A stretch of DNA of 63,499 nt, the filler included, from an uncultured Methanosarcinales archaeon (GTDB taxonomy: Archaea > Nanobdellota > Nanobdellia > Woesearchaeales > CAZXZL01): assembly GCA_964645415.1 (NCBI GenBank). It is 5 parts of 5 records of this genome, joined end to end, with 100 filler letters (N's around TTAATTAATTAA, not from the genome) between each part and the next. Parts side by side here need not be neighbours in the genome. Positions count along the whole stretch, not along the records: positions 28,543 to 41,927 come from CAZXZL010000028.1; 4 more parts are not named here. One strand, written 5' to 3'. Under the pieces are notes generated by a model that saw only the letters and a program-made list of their open reading frames with translations, did not search any database and had not been told where the DNA came from. The position numbers were made by a program, and so were the translations under genes. Each line of letters begins with the position of its first letter. Positions within the stretch are counted from its first letter, which is position 1. This document shows positions 30,221-40,824 of the stretch, piece after piece.

Positions 30221-30222
30221 AG

Positions 30223-30405
30223 GTGATAATTATGGCTGAATTTCCAGAAGCAAAAGCAAGGCTCTTTACAGGAGTTTTTGTATGTATTAGGTGTAAAAAA
30301 AGAGTTAGAGGAGATGCTCAGGATGTTAAAAAAGGTAAAGTAGTATGTCCAAGGTGTCAAGGAAAACTTTTTAGATCTAAAAAAGAAATTAAAAAGGTTA
30401 GCTAA
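30223..30405 (+). CDS. rpl40e: 50S ribosomal protein L40e (probable start ATG 30232)
   Basis: MAEFPEAKARL..CIRC...CPRC..FRSKK. Confidence 0.85.
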   Translation: MIIMAEFPEAKARLFTGVFVCIRCKKRVRGDAQDVKKGKVVCPRCQGKLFRSKKEIKKVS

Positions 30406-30407
30406 AG

Positions 30408-31592
30408 ATGTTAAATTTTGATATCATAGCCCTTCTTGTATTAATTACTTTTTTAAGTATTTTTCTTTACAAGAAGCGAGAAGATGTTGACGTAACTGGA
30501 AAATTCCCTTTTTTCTATGCTGTAATGTATAGAGCAAAATGGGGAATTAATTTCATGAAAAATTTTGCTGAAAAACATAAAAAACTTCTTAATATTGTAC
30601 AATATATTTCAATTACTGTTGGACTTTTAAGTATGTTATTTATTTCTATTCACTTAATTTATATGACAATTGATATGTTATTACAACCTGATGTAGTCGT
30701 TCCAGCAGCAGGAGTAATATTACCAGTTGAAACGTCTTGGAGTTTCTATGTTCCTTTTATGTATTTTATAATTAGTATTACATATTTAATGATAGTACAT
30801 GAAGGAATGCATGGTATCTTTATGAAATATTTTGGTTTAAAAATAAAAAATACTGGTTTTGCATTTTTTAGTTTATTAGTTCCTATTTTACCAGGTGCTT
30901 TTGTAGAACCTGATGAAGAAGAATTAGAAAAAGCTCCATTAAAAGATAGACTTGCAGTATTATCTGGTGGTTCTTTTGCGAATATTGTTAGTGCAGCATT
31001 ATTCTTATTAATATCATTTTTACTTGTAACTGCAACTGATCCTTTAACTTATGATGAAGTAAGAATTTCAAACATTATGGAAGATACTCCTGCTTATCAT
31101 GCAAATGTTTCACAATCTACTCTTTATGGAATGACTTATAATGATACATATAATGAATTAAATGATTTTGAATATTTTTTATCATTAACTGAATCACTAA
31201 AACCAAATCAATCAATTACTTTACATACTGATGAAACAAATAAAACATTTACACTCACTTCTCACCCTGAAGATTCTAATAGAGGTTATATGGGAATGAA
31301 TTTTGAATCTGAACAAAAACTAAAAGAACAATTTTCTAATTATCAGATTCCTTTTGCTGCTCTTAATTGGATTATGGGATTATTTTTCTGGTTATTTGTA
31401 ATTAACTTTGGAGTTGGTTTAATGAATTTAGTTCCATTAGGACCATTAGATGGAGGTTTAATGTTAAAATCAATACTAGATGATTATTTCAATTTAGATG
31501 AGAATAAATCTAATGCAATTCTTTCAATAATTAGTCTTTTATTTATTGCAATACTTGCCTTTCATATTATTTTAGTTCCAGCATTCTTTTAA
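30408..31592 (+). CDS. Site-2 protease (M50 intramembrane metalloprotease)
   Basis: HEGMH, GAFVEPDEE, NLVPLGPLDGG. Confidence 0.93.
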   Translation: MLNFDIIALLVLITFLSIFLYKKREDVDVTGKFPFFYAVMYRAKWGINFMKNFAEKHKKLLNIVQYISITVGLLSMLFISIHLIYMTIDMLLQPDVVVPAAGVILPVETSWSFYVPFMYFIISITYLMIVHEGMHGIFMKYFGLKIKNTGFAFFSLLVPILPGAFVEPDEEELEKAPLKDRLAVLSGGSFANIVSAALFLLISFLLVTATDPLTYDEVRISNIMEDTPAYHANVSQSTLYGMTYNDTYNELNDFEYFLSLTESLKPNQSITLHTDETNKTFTLTSHPEDSNRGYMGMNFESEQKLKEQFSNYQIPFAALNWIMGLFFWLFVINFGVGLMNLVPLGPLDGGLMLKSILDDYFNLDENKSNAILSIISLLFIAILAFHIILVPAFF

Positions 31593-31618
31593 TAGTATTT
31601 AGAAAAAATATTTTTTAT

Positions 31619-32383
31619 TTAATTCTTAATTAATTTTTTTAATTCTTTAAAGAAACCCATAACATTAAAACCTTCTCTTTTTGTAAGCATTGATTTTTCA
31701 ATAATATTATCCCATACTTGTTTTTGTACTTTATTTTTATGTTCAACTAAAACAATTTCGTCTATTAATTCATATGAAAACTTTTTCATTAATTCTTTAT
31801 CTTTTTTTGTTGCAAACTCTATTTTTTTTGTGTTAATCTTTTCATCTCTATTTTTTTCCTCTTCCATCTCTTTTGTCATTTGATCCAATTTAGAATTAAG
31901 ATAATTTTTGTGAATCTCATATAAAACAACACAAACAGAATGTGATAAGTTCATACTTCTATATTCATCAGTTGTTGGAATTGTTACTACAAAACCACAT
32001 TCATCAATTTCTGAATTTGAAAGTCCATTACTTTCTCTTCCAAAAACTAAACCAATATTTGATTCTTTATGATTTCTAATAACTTTCTTTTCTTTAAACT
32101 TTTTAATCATTTGATTTAATGTAATTGGTGCTCTTCTAACATTTAAATCATCAGTAGTCTCTCCACTAAAAGCAACTAATAAATTACAATCTAATTCATC
32201 TATAGAACTTATAATTTTAGCATTGTCTAAAAGATCTTTAGCATGAACAGCATATTTTTTTGCTTCATCAATAGAAATATTTGGATTAATTAGAATTAAT
32301 TCATTGAATCCAAAATTTTTCATAACTCTTGCAATAAATCCAGTGTTTCCAGAGATTTCAGGTTCATATAATATTACTTTCAT
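31619..32383 (-). CDS. trmJ: SPOUT tRNA methyltransferase, TrmJ family
   Basis: EPEISGNTGFIARVMKNFG, LVFGRESNGLSN, SMNLSHSV. Confidence 0.9.
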   Translation of the reverse strand: MKVILYEPEISGNTGFIARVMKNFGFNELILINPNISIDEAKKYAVHAKDLLDNAKIISSIDELDCNLLVAFSGETTDDLNVRRAPITLNQMIKKFKEKKVIRNHKESNIGLVFGRESNGLSNSEIDECGFVVTIPTTDEYRSMNLSHSVCVVLYEIHKNYLNSKLDQMTKEMEEEKNRDEKINTKKIEFATKKDKELMKKFSYELIDEIVLVEHKNKVQKQVWDNIIEKSMLTKREGFNVMGFFKELKKLIKN

Positions 32384-32384
32384 T

Positions 32385-32891
32385 TTAACTTTTAATGATT
32401 GAAAGTATTTTTGCAGGAATCATTTCTAACTTTCTTATAACTCTAATTATAATTGGTTCTTTTTTACTAACAGGTTTTACTAACATTGTATTAATACCAA
32501 ATAATAATCCTCCTAAAATATCAGTGCCAAATCTATCTCCAATTATAATTACATTCTCTTTATCTAAATTAAGCTTTTTTATAGCTTTATTAAATCCATC
32601 AAAGAAAGGTTTTGGTAAATCTGATTTTATAATTGGAGTTCTTAATAGATCATAAGTTTTATGATAATTTTTTTTCTTCTTTAAATTAATTCTATTTGAA
32701 AGAATTACCACATCAAAATATTTTTTTAACTCTTTAAACTTTGATTCAAATTCATCTTCAAACTTTAATTGATTATGTTTAAAAATAGTATTATCCAAAT
32801 CAAGAATGACTCCTTTTATATTTAAATCTTCTAAATACTTTGGATTAACCTCTGAAAATTTTTCTTTTGAGTATATGAATTTATTTTTCAT
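32385..32891 (-). CDS. HAD IIIA phosphatase, YqeG-like
   Basis: GVILDLDNT, ILSN, KP, IGDRFGTDILGG. Confidence 0.88.
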   Translation of the reverse strand: MKNKFIYSKEKFSEVNPKYLEDLNIKGVILDLDNTIFKHNQLKFEDEFESKFKELKKYFDVVILSNRINLKKKKNYHKTYDLLRTPIIKSDLPKPFFDGFNKAIKKLNLDKENVIIIGDRFGTDILGGLLFGINTMLVKPVSKKEPIIIRVIRKLEMIPAKILSIIKS

Positions 32892-32902
32892 TTTTAATAA
32901 TA

Positions 32903-33547
32903 TTATAATAAACTATTACTTTTTTCATTTTCTAAACCAGATAAAATATTATAAGCTTTTGCTCCTTTTTTTGAATCAATAAAAACCATAATTTCTTTAC
33001 TTGTTGTTAAAAAATGTTTAATACTAATATCATTCCATGCAAGTCTTCGAGTAATTGCTGCAATAACACCTGGTTTATTTTTAAAATCTTCACTATATTT
33101 TATCTTAACTTTACTTAAATCAAACTCTTCATTAATCTTATAATCTTCTAAAATTGATTTTACTTTATCATAATGTGTTTTATTAAATATTAAATCAATA
33201 CAATCATCACCAAATATTTTGATAAACTCACTTTTTAAATTATTCTCAACCTTTTTCACACTATCAAGTTTTCTTTTAACAGTTACATTATATAGATTAT
33301 TTTTAAGAACAATTTCTAATGAATTACTTAAATCAAGTCTTGTATTTTTCTTATTAACTTTATCTTTAGCTCTTCTTAGTGCCATCACAACAGCACTATG
33401 TTTTACCTTTTTTCCAAGCTCTTTTTCAATATCAGGTCTAATCTTTTTAGCAAGAGATGCATAACTTACAATATCTTGCATAAATGCCTCTTGAAGAAAA
33501 GGTCTTACTTCTACATATTTTAATACAAGATGTGAAATTGTTACCAT
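32903..33547 (-). CDS. ACT-domain regulatory protein
   Basis: IVSYASLAKKI..VVMALRR N-terminus; C-terminal ACT-like PGVIAAITRRLAWNDISI. Confidence 0.75.
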   Translation of the reverse strand: MVTISHLVLKYVEVRPFLQEAFMQDIVSYASLAKKIRPDIEKELGKKVKHSAVVMALRRAKDKVNKKNTRLDLSNSLEIVLKNNLYNVTVKRKLDSVKKVENNLKSEFIKIFGDDCIDLIFNKTHYDKVKSILEDYKINEEFDLSKVKIKYSEDFKNKPGVIAAITRRLAWNDISIKHFLTTSKEIMVFIDSKKGAKAYNILSGLENEKSNSLL

Positions 33548-33619
33548 GTTAAATTAGAATTTAAGATTTGTATATAAAACTTACTTATTCTTAATTTTTT
33601 GTATATATGAATTTATCTT

Positions 33620-34060
33620 CTTCGAAACTTAGAAAAAAACTTTGTTTTTTTCAAGGTGAGAAATCTTTTGATTTCATTAACCTTTGAAACTTTGTTTTCA
33701 ATAGTTTTAAAATCTCTGATTTTATTCACTTTTAAATTTTTAATTTAACAGTTCTAAACTTTAGTTTAGTAATAATATGTATTCGTTTAATTTTCTTTCA
33801 GAGTGTGTATTCGTGTTTAGCTAAAGAAGCTAGAAATCAAAATCATCTAAGAAAAAAATACTAATAGAAAAAGAAACAAAAATAAATAAAATTTAATAGA
33901 AACTACCGTGCTACAGGTAGTATAGTACCATCCTGGTCAAGCATATAAAATCAGAGATTTTAAGGGTGTTTAATCATAGATTAAAAACTTTGATAAAGAT
34001 TGAGAAAAAATCATCTTAGTAAAAAAGAAGAAGTTTATAATAATTAATATAAAAGTGAAT
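33620..34060. repeat. Mosaic copy of the dispersed hairpin repeat family
   Basis: 33727-33772 matches the reverse complement of 555-600 with one mismatch; hairpin at 33908-33928 followed by CATCCTGGTCAA; TGATAAAGATTGAG at 33991. Confidence 0.85.
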
Positions 34061-34106
34061 AGAACTTAATAGAAAAAAGATAGAATAAAAAATTTAATTG
34101 AAAATA

Positions 34107-35996
34107 TTATTTTTTTAAATTAATACTATAAATATACTCTCTATTCTGAATTATTTTCTTTACTTTCTTTCCTAAACTTTTTGGAAGATTTGTTTTAATA
34201 TGAAGATGTAACTTTTCTTTTTTTACATTTGAAGAAACTGATAATAACTCAATATCACTTTTAGCAAATTCATCCAATAATTTAAGCATAATTTGTACAT
34301 CATCTTCCATTACAATCTTTAAAGATGTATTATCATCTTTCTTTTCTTTCCAATTTAATTTGATATTTCTTTTAGCTGATTTATAATTAACACAATTAAT
34401 TTTATGTACTGAAATATTTCCATTACCTAATATTACTCCTCCAATATCATCTTTAAACTTTGGCTTACAACAACCAGATATTTTAACCTTTGAATTAGAA
34501 TACTTTTTTGGAAGATTTACTCTTTCTTTTAATGAAATAATACTATCTTGGTTATCAACTTCATTATCTTTTCCTTCAATACCTAAAAAACTTCTAATTT
34601 TAGCCCTTGCTTTACTACTTGTAACAATATTTAACCACGAAAACTTTGGTTTAGGGTTCTTATTAGTGACTATTTTTACAACATCTCCATTTTTTAACTT
34701 ACTATCTAATGGAGCAGTTTTACCATTTACAATTGCTTGATTTGCTCTATGTCCAACTGATGTATGAACAGCATAAGCAAAATCAAGAGGGGTTGATTCT
34801 TCACTTAAAATAATTGGTTCTCCTTTTGGTGTAAACACAACAATATCATTTTTCAATGTTGTTACTTGAATTTTTTTATTCTCTAATTTTTTCTTCCAAT
34901 CGAGTAATACTTTTAGTAGTTCAACTCTTCTATCAAATAATGCATCTCTATCAACTTCTTTGTATCTCCAGTGTGCAGCAATTCCACTCTCTGCTTCATA
35001 ATGCATTTTTTCAGTTCTGATTTGTACTTCAAAAAATCCATATTCTTGAGAATCAACAGTAATGTGAATTGATCGATATCCATTTTTTTTTGGATTTTTA
35101 ATATAATCTTTAATTCTATTTTCCATTAAATTAAAATCTTCTTTTAATCTGACAAAAATCTTATAACATTCATCAACAGTATTTGTTATTATTCTAAATC
35201 CAATTAAGTCATAAATCTCTTCAAATTTCTTTCCATTATTGACCATTTTGTTATAAATAGAATAGAAACTTTTTAACCTATGTTCTAGCTTTGCTTCAAT
35301 ATTTAACTCATCAAGAATACTTTTGATCTTTTCTTTAATCTCTTTTTCATACTTTCTTCTGATTTGAATCGTTTCTGAAATTTGATCTTTAATCTTTAAA
35401 TAATTTTTATTATCTAAATACTTTAAAGATAAATCTGCAAGTTCTGATTTAATTCTACTTAATCCAACCTTTTCTGCAATAGGTACATATACATCTTTAG
35501 TAACTTCTGAAATTCTAATTCTTTTTTCTTCACTTACTCTATCTATTGTTCTCATTATATGAAGTCTATCAGCTAGTTTAATATATAAAACTCTAAAATC
35601 TTTAAATGAAGATAGAATAACTTTTCTTTGATTTTCAATAGTTCTTTCTTCTAAGTTTTCATAAATATGTTTTTGAATTTTTGTTAATGATGAAACAAGA
35701 AAAGCAATTGTTTTACCAAATTTTGCTTGTATCTCATCTTCTGTAACATCAAAGTGCTCAATTAAATCATGCATTAGTGCAGCACAGATTGTATCTGTAT
35801 CAACTTTATAATCTAAAAGAATTGTAGCAACAGATAGTGGGTGTGCCATATTTTTAATAGATTCCTTATCATTATCTTTATGAAATTTTTTAGAAAAAAT
35901 ATAAGCTTTTTCTATCTTCTCATGATCAAAATCATTTTTAATCATATCATTCCATTCCAATAATTCCTCTAAATTATTTGCATGGTTAAACTTCAT
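34107..35996 (-). CDS. relA: Long RelA/SpoT homolog (HD + synthetase + TGS + Cys/His domain + ACT-like)
   Basis: HP..AALMHD, IKLADRLH, RLKSFYSIYNKM, DLIGFRI, NGYRSIH, EVQIRT, AAHWRYK, VFTPKG..DFAYAVHT, CC..H..C. Confidence 0.93.
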   Translation of the reverse strand: MKFNHANNLEELLEWNDMIKNDFDHEKIEKAYIFSKKFHKDNDKESIKNMAHPLSVATILLDYKVDTDTICAALMHDLIEHFDVTEDEIQAKFGKTIAFLVSSLTKIQKHIYENLEERTIENQRKVILSSFKDFRVLYIKLADRLHIMRTIDRVSEEKRIRISEVTKDVYVPIAEKVGLSRIKSELADLSLKYLDNKNYLKIKDQISETIQIRRKYEKEIKEKIKSILDELNIEAKLEHRLKSFYSIYNKMVNNGKKFEEIYDLIGFRIITNTVDECYKIFVRLKEDFNLMENRIKDYIKNPKKNGYRSIHITVDSQEYGFFEVQIRTEKMHYEAESGIAAHWRYKEVDRDALFDRRVELLKVLLDWKKKLENKKIQVTTLKNDIVVFTPKGEPIILSEESTPLDFAYAVHTSVGHRANQAIVNGKTAPLDSKLKNGDVVKIVTNKNPKPKFSWLNIVTSSKARAKIRSFLGIEGKDNEVDNQDSIISLKERVNLPKKYSNSKVKISGCCKPKFKDDIGGVILGNGNISVHKINCVNYKSAKRNIKLNWKEKKDDNTSLKIVMEDDVQIMLKLLDEFAKSDIELLSVSSNVKKEKLHLHIKTNLPKSLGKKVKKIIQNREYIYSINLKK

Positions 35997-36133
35997 TAGT
36001 ATATGTAAATTATTTTAGTTTATATAATTTTTTTATCTCTTTTTTTAACTTTTAAACTCTTTTAATAATAAATTAACTGGATTAATTTCTATAAGTAAGT
36101 TTTATATATTAAGTTAAATTAACTAATTTGTCG

Positions 36134-36263
36134 GTGGGGGTTGCCGAGTGGTCAAAGGCGCTGGACTCAAGATATTTGAGTTATGATGCATGAGATGATA
36201 TGTTTAATCTATGGGACATCCAGTCCAATAGATGGTTCGAGGGTTCGAATCCCTTCCCCCACA
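36134..36263 (+). tRNA. tRNA-Leu(CAA) with 46-nt intron at 37/38 (36172-36217)
   Basis: Acceptor GTGGGGG/CCCCCAC-A; anticodon stem CTGGA/TCCAG with CAA; BHB central helix CUCA/UGGG; long variable arm; GGTTCGAATCC. Confidence 0.92.
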
Positions 36264-36378
36264 TAAATTATTTGTTTGGAAAGATTTAAAAAGAAATATT
36301 ACTATTTATTTAATACTTGTTTACAAATATATTTTTTAATCAAACTTAATCTAAAAATCAATAATAGAGGTCTTAAAA

Positions 36379-38823
36379 TTGGCAGATAATAATTTACAAT
36401 CAGAAGTAATAAATACTAATTTGACAGATGAATTAAAAAAATCTTACATCGATTATGCGATGTCGGTAATTGTTAGTAGAGCATTGCCTGATGTTAGAGA
36501 TGGATTAAAACCAGTACATAGAAGAATTCTATATGCTATGGGTGATATGAGTTTATATCATACTAGAGGTCATAAAAAATGTGCAAGAGTTGTCGGAGAA
36601 GTTCTTGGTAAATATCATCCTCATGGTGATACCTCTGTTTATAACGCACTTGTTAGAATGGCTCAATCTTTTTCATTAAGATATCCTTTAGTTGATGGAC
36701 AGGGTAACTTTGGTAGTATTGATGGTGATTCTCCAGCTGCAATGCGTTATACTGAGTCAAGGTTAGAAAAAATCTCAAAGTTCATGCTTAAAGATATTGA
36801 TAAAGATACTGTTGACTTTAGACCTAATTTCGATGAATCTATGAAAGAACCTGTAGTTCTTCCTTCTCAGTTTCCAAATTTATTAGTAAATGGTTCAAGT
36901 GGTATTGCTGTAGGAATGGCAACAAGTGTATTACCACATAATATGACTGAAGTTTGTAATGCTGTTAAGTATTTACTTGATAAAGATATTGAAGATGTAG
37001 AAGCTACAGAATTAATGGATATTATAAATGGACCTGATTTTCCAACAGGTGGTGAAGTTTTAGGTGAAGAGGGGATTTTAAAAGCATATGAAACAGGTCA
37101 TGGAAAAATTAAAGTTCGTGGTGTTATTAAAGAAGATGAATCTTCTAAAAAGAATAGATTGATAATCACAGAAATTCCTTACATGGTTAAAAAGTCAGAT
37201 ATTATTAAAGAAATTGCAAAACATGTAAAAAATGATAAAATAAAAGGAATTAATGATATTAAAGATGAATCGAGTAGAAAAGGAATTAGAGTTGTAATTG
37301 ATTTGAAAAGGAAAGCAAATCCACAACTTGTTAAAAATTATATTTTCAAAAACACTCGTATGAAAAAGACTTTATCTATGATTCATCAAGTTTTAGTAAA
37401 TGGTAAACCAAAATTACTTAATCTTAAAGACTTACTTTATGAATTTATTAAACATAGAAAAGAGATTATTAAAAGAAGAACTGAATTCTTATTAAATAAA
37501 GCAAAATCAAGATTACATATTGTAAAAGGATTGATTATTGCATTAGATTCTATTGATGATGTTGTAGAATTAATAAAATCTTCTGATGATGTTGATTCTG
37601 CAAAAGAATCTTTAATTTCAAAATATGATCTTTCTGAAAAACAATCTCAATCAATTCTTCAGATGAGACTTCAAAAATTAACTTCTTTAGAGCAAAAAAC
37701 TCTAAGAGATGAAAAAGAAGATTTAGAAAAAGAAGTTAAAGAGTTAGAAGGTATTTTGAATAGTGAAGAAAAGATTAAAGAGATTATTAGAGAAGAGACT
37801 GATGAGATTATTGAAAACTTTGGTGATGAACGTAAAACTGAAATCATTGAAGATTTCCAAAATATAACTAGAAAAGATTTAGTGAAAAAAGAAGAAATTG
37901 TTATCACTTTAACTAATAAAGGTTATATCAAAAGAGTACCTCTAAAAAATTACCGTGTCCAAGGAAGAGGCGGTAAAGGTATTTTAGCTTCAAATATCAG
38001 TGATGATGAATATATCGAAAATATAATCTTAACTGATACACATTCAGATATATTATTCTTTTCTGATCACGGAAAAGTATATTCTAAAAAAGCTTTTGAA
38101 ATACCAAAAGCTTCAAGAACTGCTAAAGGAAAACATATTGCAGGAATACTTTCATTTTCAAAAGAAGAGGATATCACTCACATTGTTGATATGAATAGAG
38201 CTGAAGAGGATAATAAGAACTCACTTATGTTCATTACTAAAAATGGTTATGCAAAAAGAACTGCTATTGAACATTTTGAAGATGTTAGAAAGTCAGGAAT
38301 TATTGCAATAAAATTAGAGGAAGATGATAATCTTGTTGAAGTTATTCCTGTAAACGATGATGATAAAGTAATGTTGTCTACAAAACATGGTAAATCTATT
38401 AGGTTTAAAACTACTGAAGTTCGTATTATGGGAAGAAATACAAGAGGAGTAATTGGTATTAAGTTAGATACACAAGATGAAGTTAGAAGTGGTATAATTG
38501 CAAATGAAGGAGAAGTATTAACTGTTACTACATTTGGTTATGCAAAAAGAACTGATCTTGAAAATTATTCTGTTATTCATAGAGGAGGAAAAGGAGTAAT
38601 TAATGTTAGAATTTCTCCTAAGAATGGAGAGGTAGTTGAAGTAATAAATACCTCAAAAGAAGATGAAATTATGATTCTTTCAAAAAAAGGAAAACTAATT
38701 CGATTGACAGTTGAAAAAATTTCTAAAATGGGAAGAAGTACGATGGGTGTTAAATGTATGGATGTTGGAAGAGGAGATAAAATCATCTCTGCCGAAAAAA
38801 TATCTTTTATAGATGAAGATTAA
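36379..38823 (+). CDS. gyrA: DNA gyrase subunit A
   Basis: [31 protein letters not shown], GyrA box QGRGGKG, pinwheel repeats. Confidence 0.97.
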   Translation: MADNNLQSEVINTNLTDELKKSYIDYAMSVIVSRALPDVRDGLKPVHRRILYAMGDMSLYHTRGHKKCARVVGEVLGKYHPHGDTSVYNALVRMAQSFSLRYPLVDGQGNFGSIDGDSPAAMRYTESRLEKISKFMLKDIDKDTVDFRPNFDESMKEPVVLPSQFPNLLVNGSSGIAVGMATSVLPHNMTEVCNAVKYLLDKDIEDVEATELMDIINGPDFPTGGEVLGEEGILKAYETGHGKIKVRGVIKEDESSKKNRLIITEIPYMVKKSDIIKEIAKHVKNDKIKGINDIKDESSRKGIRVVIDLKRKANPQLVKNYIFKNTRMKKTLSMIHQVLVNGKPKLLNLKDLLYEFIKHRKEIIKRRTEFLLNKAKSRLHIVKGLIIALDSIDDVVELIKSSDDVDSAKESLISKYDLSEKQSQSILQMRLQKLTSLEQKTLRDEKEDLEKEVKELEGILNSEEKIKEIIREETDEIIENFGDERKTEIIEDFQNITRKDLVKKEEIVITLTNKGYIKRVPLKNYRVQGRGGKGILASNISDDEYIENIILTDTHSDILFFSDHGKVYSKKAFEIPKASRTAKGKHIAGILSFSKEEDITHIVDMNRAEEDNKNSLMFITKNGYAKRTAIEHFEDVRKSGIIAIKLEEDDNLVEVIPVNDDDKVMLSTKHGKSIRFKTTEVRIMGRNTRGVIGIKLDTQDEVRSGIIANEGEVLTVTTFGYAKRTDLENYSVIHRGGKGVINVRISPKNGEVVEVINTSKEDEIMILSKKGKLIRLTVEKISKMGRSTMGVKCMDVGRGDKIISAEKISFIDED

Positions 38824-40021
38824 AATGTTTTTATCTTTAACTTATAATTTAAAAGAAGCAGAATTGGATTTGAAAAGGTTCAATTTAGAAGTAGATTCAA
38901 TTCATAATAACTCTACTGATAAAGTGATCACTTTTAATAGTGATTTTAAATCTAATGATGTTAGAAATTACATTCGTTTTTCTCAATCGGTTAGATATAT
39001 TGGATATATTACTTCTTTTTATAAAAACTTACAAGAATTAAAAAAATCAGACATGGAATCTTTCTTTGATTTTTTAGATAAGTTTGATTTAGATATTTCT
39101 AAAATTTCTTTAACTTATAAATTCATTAAAGAAACTGAAAAACATGATAGAGTTGAGTTTAGAAATGAGATCTCTGATATTCTTTCTTCTAAATTTACTG
39201 ATATTAATTTAACATATAGTGATACAAAAGTGAATTTAGGAATTATTGTTTTAGAAGATGGTTTTTATTTTACTATCAATATAGCTAATATTGATTTAGA
39301 GAAAAGAGTTTATAAGATATTTCTTACAAATCAATCTTTAAAACCATCGTTTACTCACTTATGTAATCTTAAATTAATTAATTCTTTGAAAGAAAGCTTT
39401 GATGATTCTGATTTAAATATTTTAAATCTTTTCTCATCTGATGGTATTTTCTCTATTGAACTTTCTATATTAAAAAATAGTATTGATTTTAGAAAACTTA
39501 AAAGAGAAAAGATATTTTATGAAACTCTTTTTGAGAACAATGATTGGAGTGATGATCTTGATAATTTAGATATTTCTGATTACGAGATATATGCTGTTGA
39601 TGATAAAATGGCATATTTAAAAAATGCAGAAAAAAATGCAAAAATAGTAAGAGTAAAAGACATTAATTTCACACGAGAAATATTAAAGTATACTGATTTT
39701 AAATATGGTGAGAGTCCAATGCATGGTTGTATTTCTTATCCTCCTCTTTATTCAAAAAGAGATGGTGAGAAGTATTTAACAAAAATAGTAAAAGAAACTT
39801 TCTTTCAATTAGAGTTTGTTCTAAAAAAGAATGGTATTTTTGTAGTTATTTTCAAAACTGAACTTAAAGATGATGTTAAAAAGATAGCAAAAAAATTCAA
39901 CTTTAATTTATTAGAAGAAAAAGATATCTTTTTTGGTAATCTGAATCTAACATTATTTTCTTTTAAAAATATGAAACTTGATAAAAAAGAAGCAAAGAAA
40001 ATTGATGAAGAAATGCTTTAA
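38813..40021 (+). CDS. Divergent THUMP-associated RNA methyltransferase (Trm14/RlmL-like)
   Basis: [35 protein letters not shown]. Confidence 0.65.
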   Translation: MKIKMFLSLTYNLKEAELDLKRFNLEVDSIHNNSTDKVITFNSDFKSNDVRNYIRFSQSVRYIGYITSFYKNLQELKKSDMESFFDFLDKFDLDISKISLTYKFIKETEKHDRVEFRNEISDILSSKFTDINLTYSDTKVNLGIIVLEDGFYFTINIANIDLEKRVYKIFLTNQSLKPSFTHLCNLKLINSLKESFDDSDLNILNLFSSDGIFSIELSILKNSIDFRKLKREKIFYETLFENNDWSDDLDNLDISDYEIYAVDDKMAYLKNAEKNAKIVRVKDINFTREILKYTDFKYGESPMHGCISYPPLYSKRDGEKYLTKIVKETFFQLEFVLKKNGIFVVIFKTELKDDVKKIAKKFNFNLLEEKDIFFGNLNLTLFSFKNMKLDKKEAKKIDEEML

Positions 40022-40075
40022 TTTTGATAAGTTTTAAATATCTAATTATTTTTCTTAATATTCCGGTAAATTTTA

Positions 40076-40822
40076 GTGATAACTATGGATAATATTAATA
40101 ATAATTATGAAGGAAATTTTAAGAGTGATATGAATTCTAATTATAACTTTGATTACTCAAAATCAATATTTGGAATTGAAGAATATGAACCAAAATATGA
40201 TTTTGATGATTTATATTATGGAAATCATTCAGATCTATTTGAAGAAATTAATGAATTAGAATCAAAATTAAGATTTAAACAAGGTTCTATTGATGATTTA
40301 ATGAATAAATTAGATAGAAAGGAAGTTAAGTTAGAAAAATTAATTAGAAAAAATCTTCCTACTATTGATGATGAAATATTAGATTATCTTGATATAAAAA
40401 GAGACAATTCTGGTAATATTGTATTATATCATGCAACACCTTCAATTTATTTAGATGAAATTCTATCTGGTGGTTTAAAACCTCCAAAAGAAACTGGAAA
40501 TAATGTTTGGAGGATGAAATATGAAGAAGACAAATTAAAACTTTCTAAAGTTTACTTATCTTCTGAAAATAGAATAAATGAAATTGCAAATCATATTCAA
40601 TCTTTTAGTGATGGTCTAGAAATTTCTTTAATTGAAGCAAAAGTAGAAGAATATAAACTATATCCTGATGAAGATAGTAGTAAATATAGTTGGATTGCAA
40701 GTATGAATGAATTAGAGACTTGTGCACACTTAGGTAAAATTGAACCTTCTCGTTTATCTTTAATTGGAAAATTAGATTCTTATGAGATTGATGAAGAAAA
40801 TAAATTTAATTTTAACTATTGA
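40076..40822 (+). CDS. Protein with a C-terminal ADP-ribosyltransferase-like (Tpt1/KptA-type) domain
   Basis: LYHAT...I...GLKP...VYLSS...IEP pattern, preceded by a coiled coil. Confidence 0.55.
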   Translation: MITMDNINNNYEGNFKSDMNSNYNFDYSKSIFGIEEYEPKYDFDDLYYGNHSDLFEEINELESKLRFKQGSIDDLMNKLDRKEVKLEKLIRKNLPTIDDEILDYLDIKRDNSGNIVLYHATPSIYLDEILSGGLKPPKETGNNVWRMKYEEDKLKLSKVYLSSENRINEIANHIQSFSDGLEISLIEAKVEEYKLYPDEDSSKYSWIASMNELETCAHLGKIEPSRLSLIGKLDSYEIDEENKFNFNY

Positions 40823-40824
40823 AT

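Noticed and set aside
36172..36217. tRNA-Leu intron as a mobile element or split tRNA
   Set aside because: Short canonical-position BHB intron with no ORF; ordinary for archaea.
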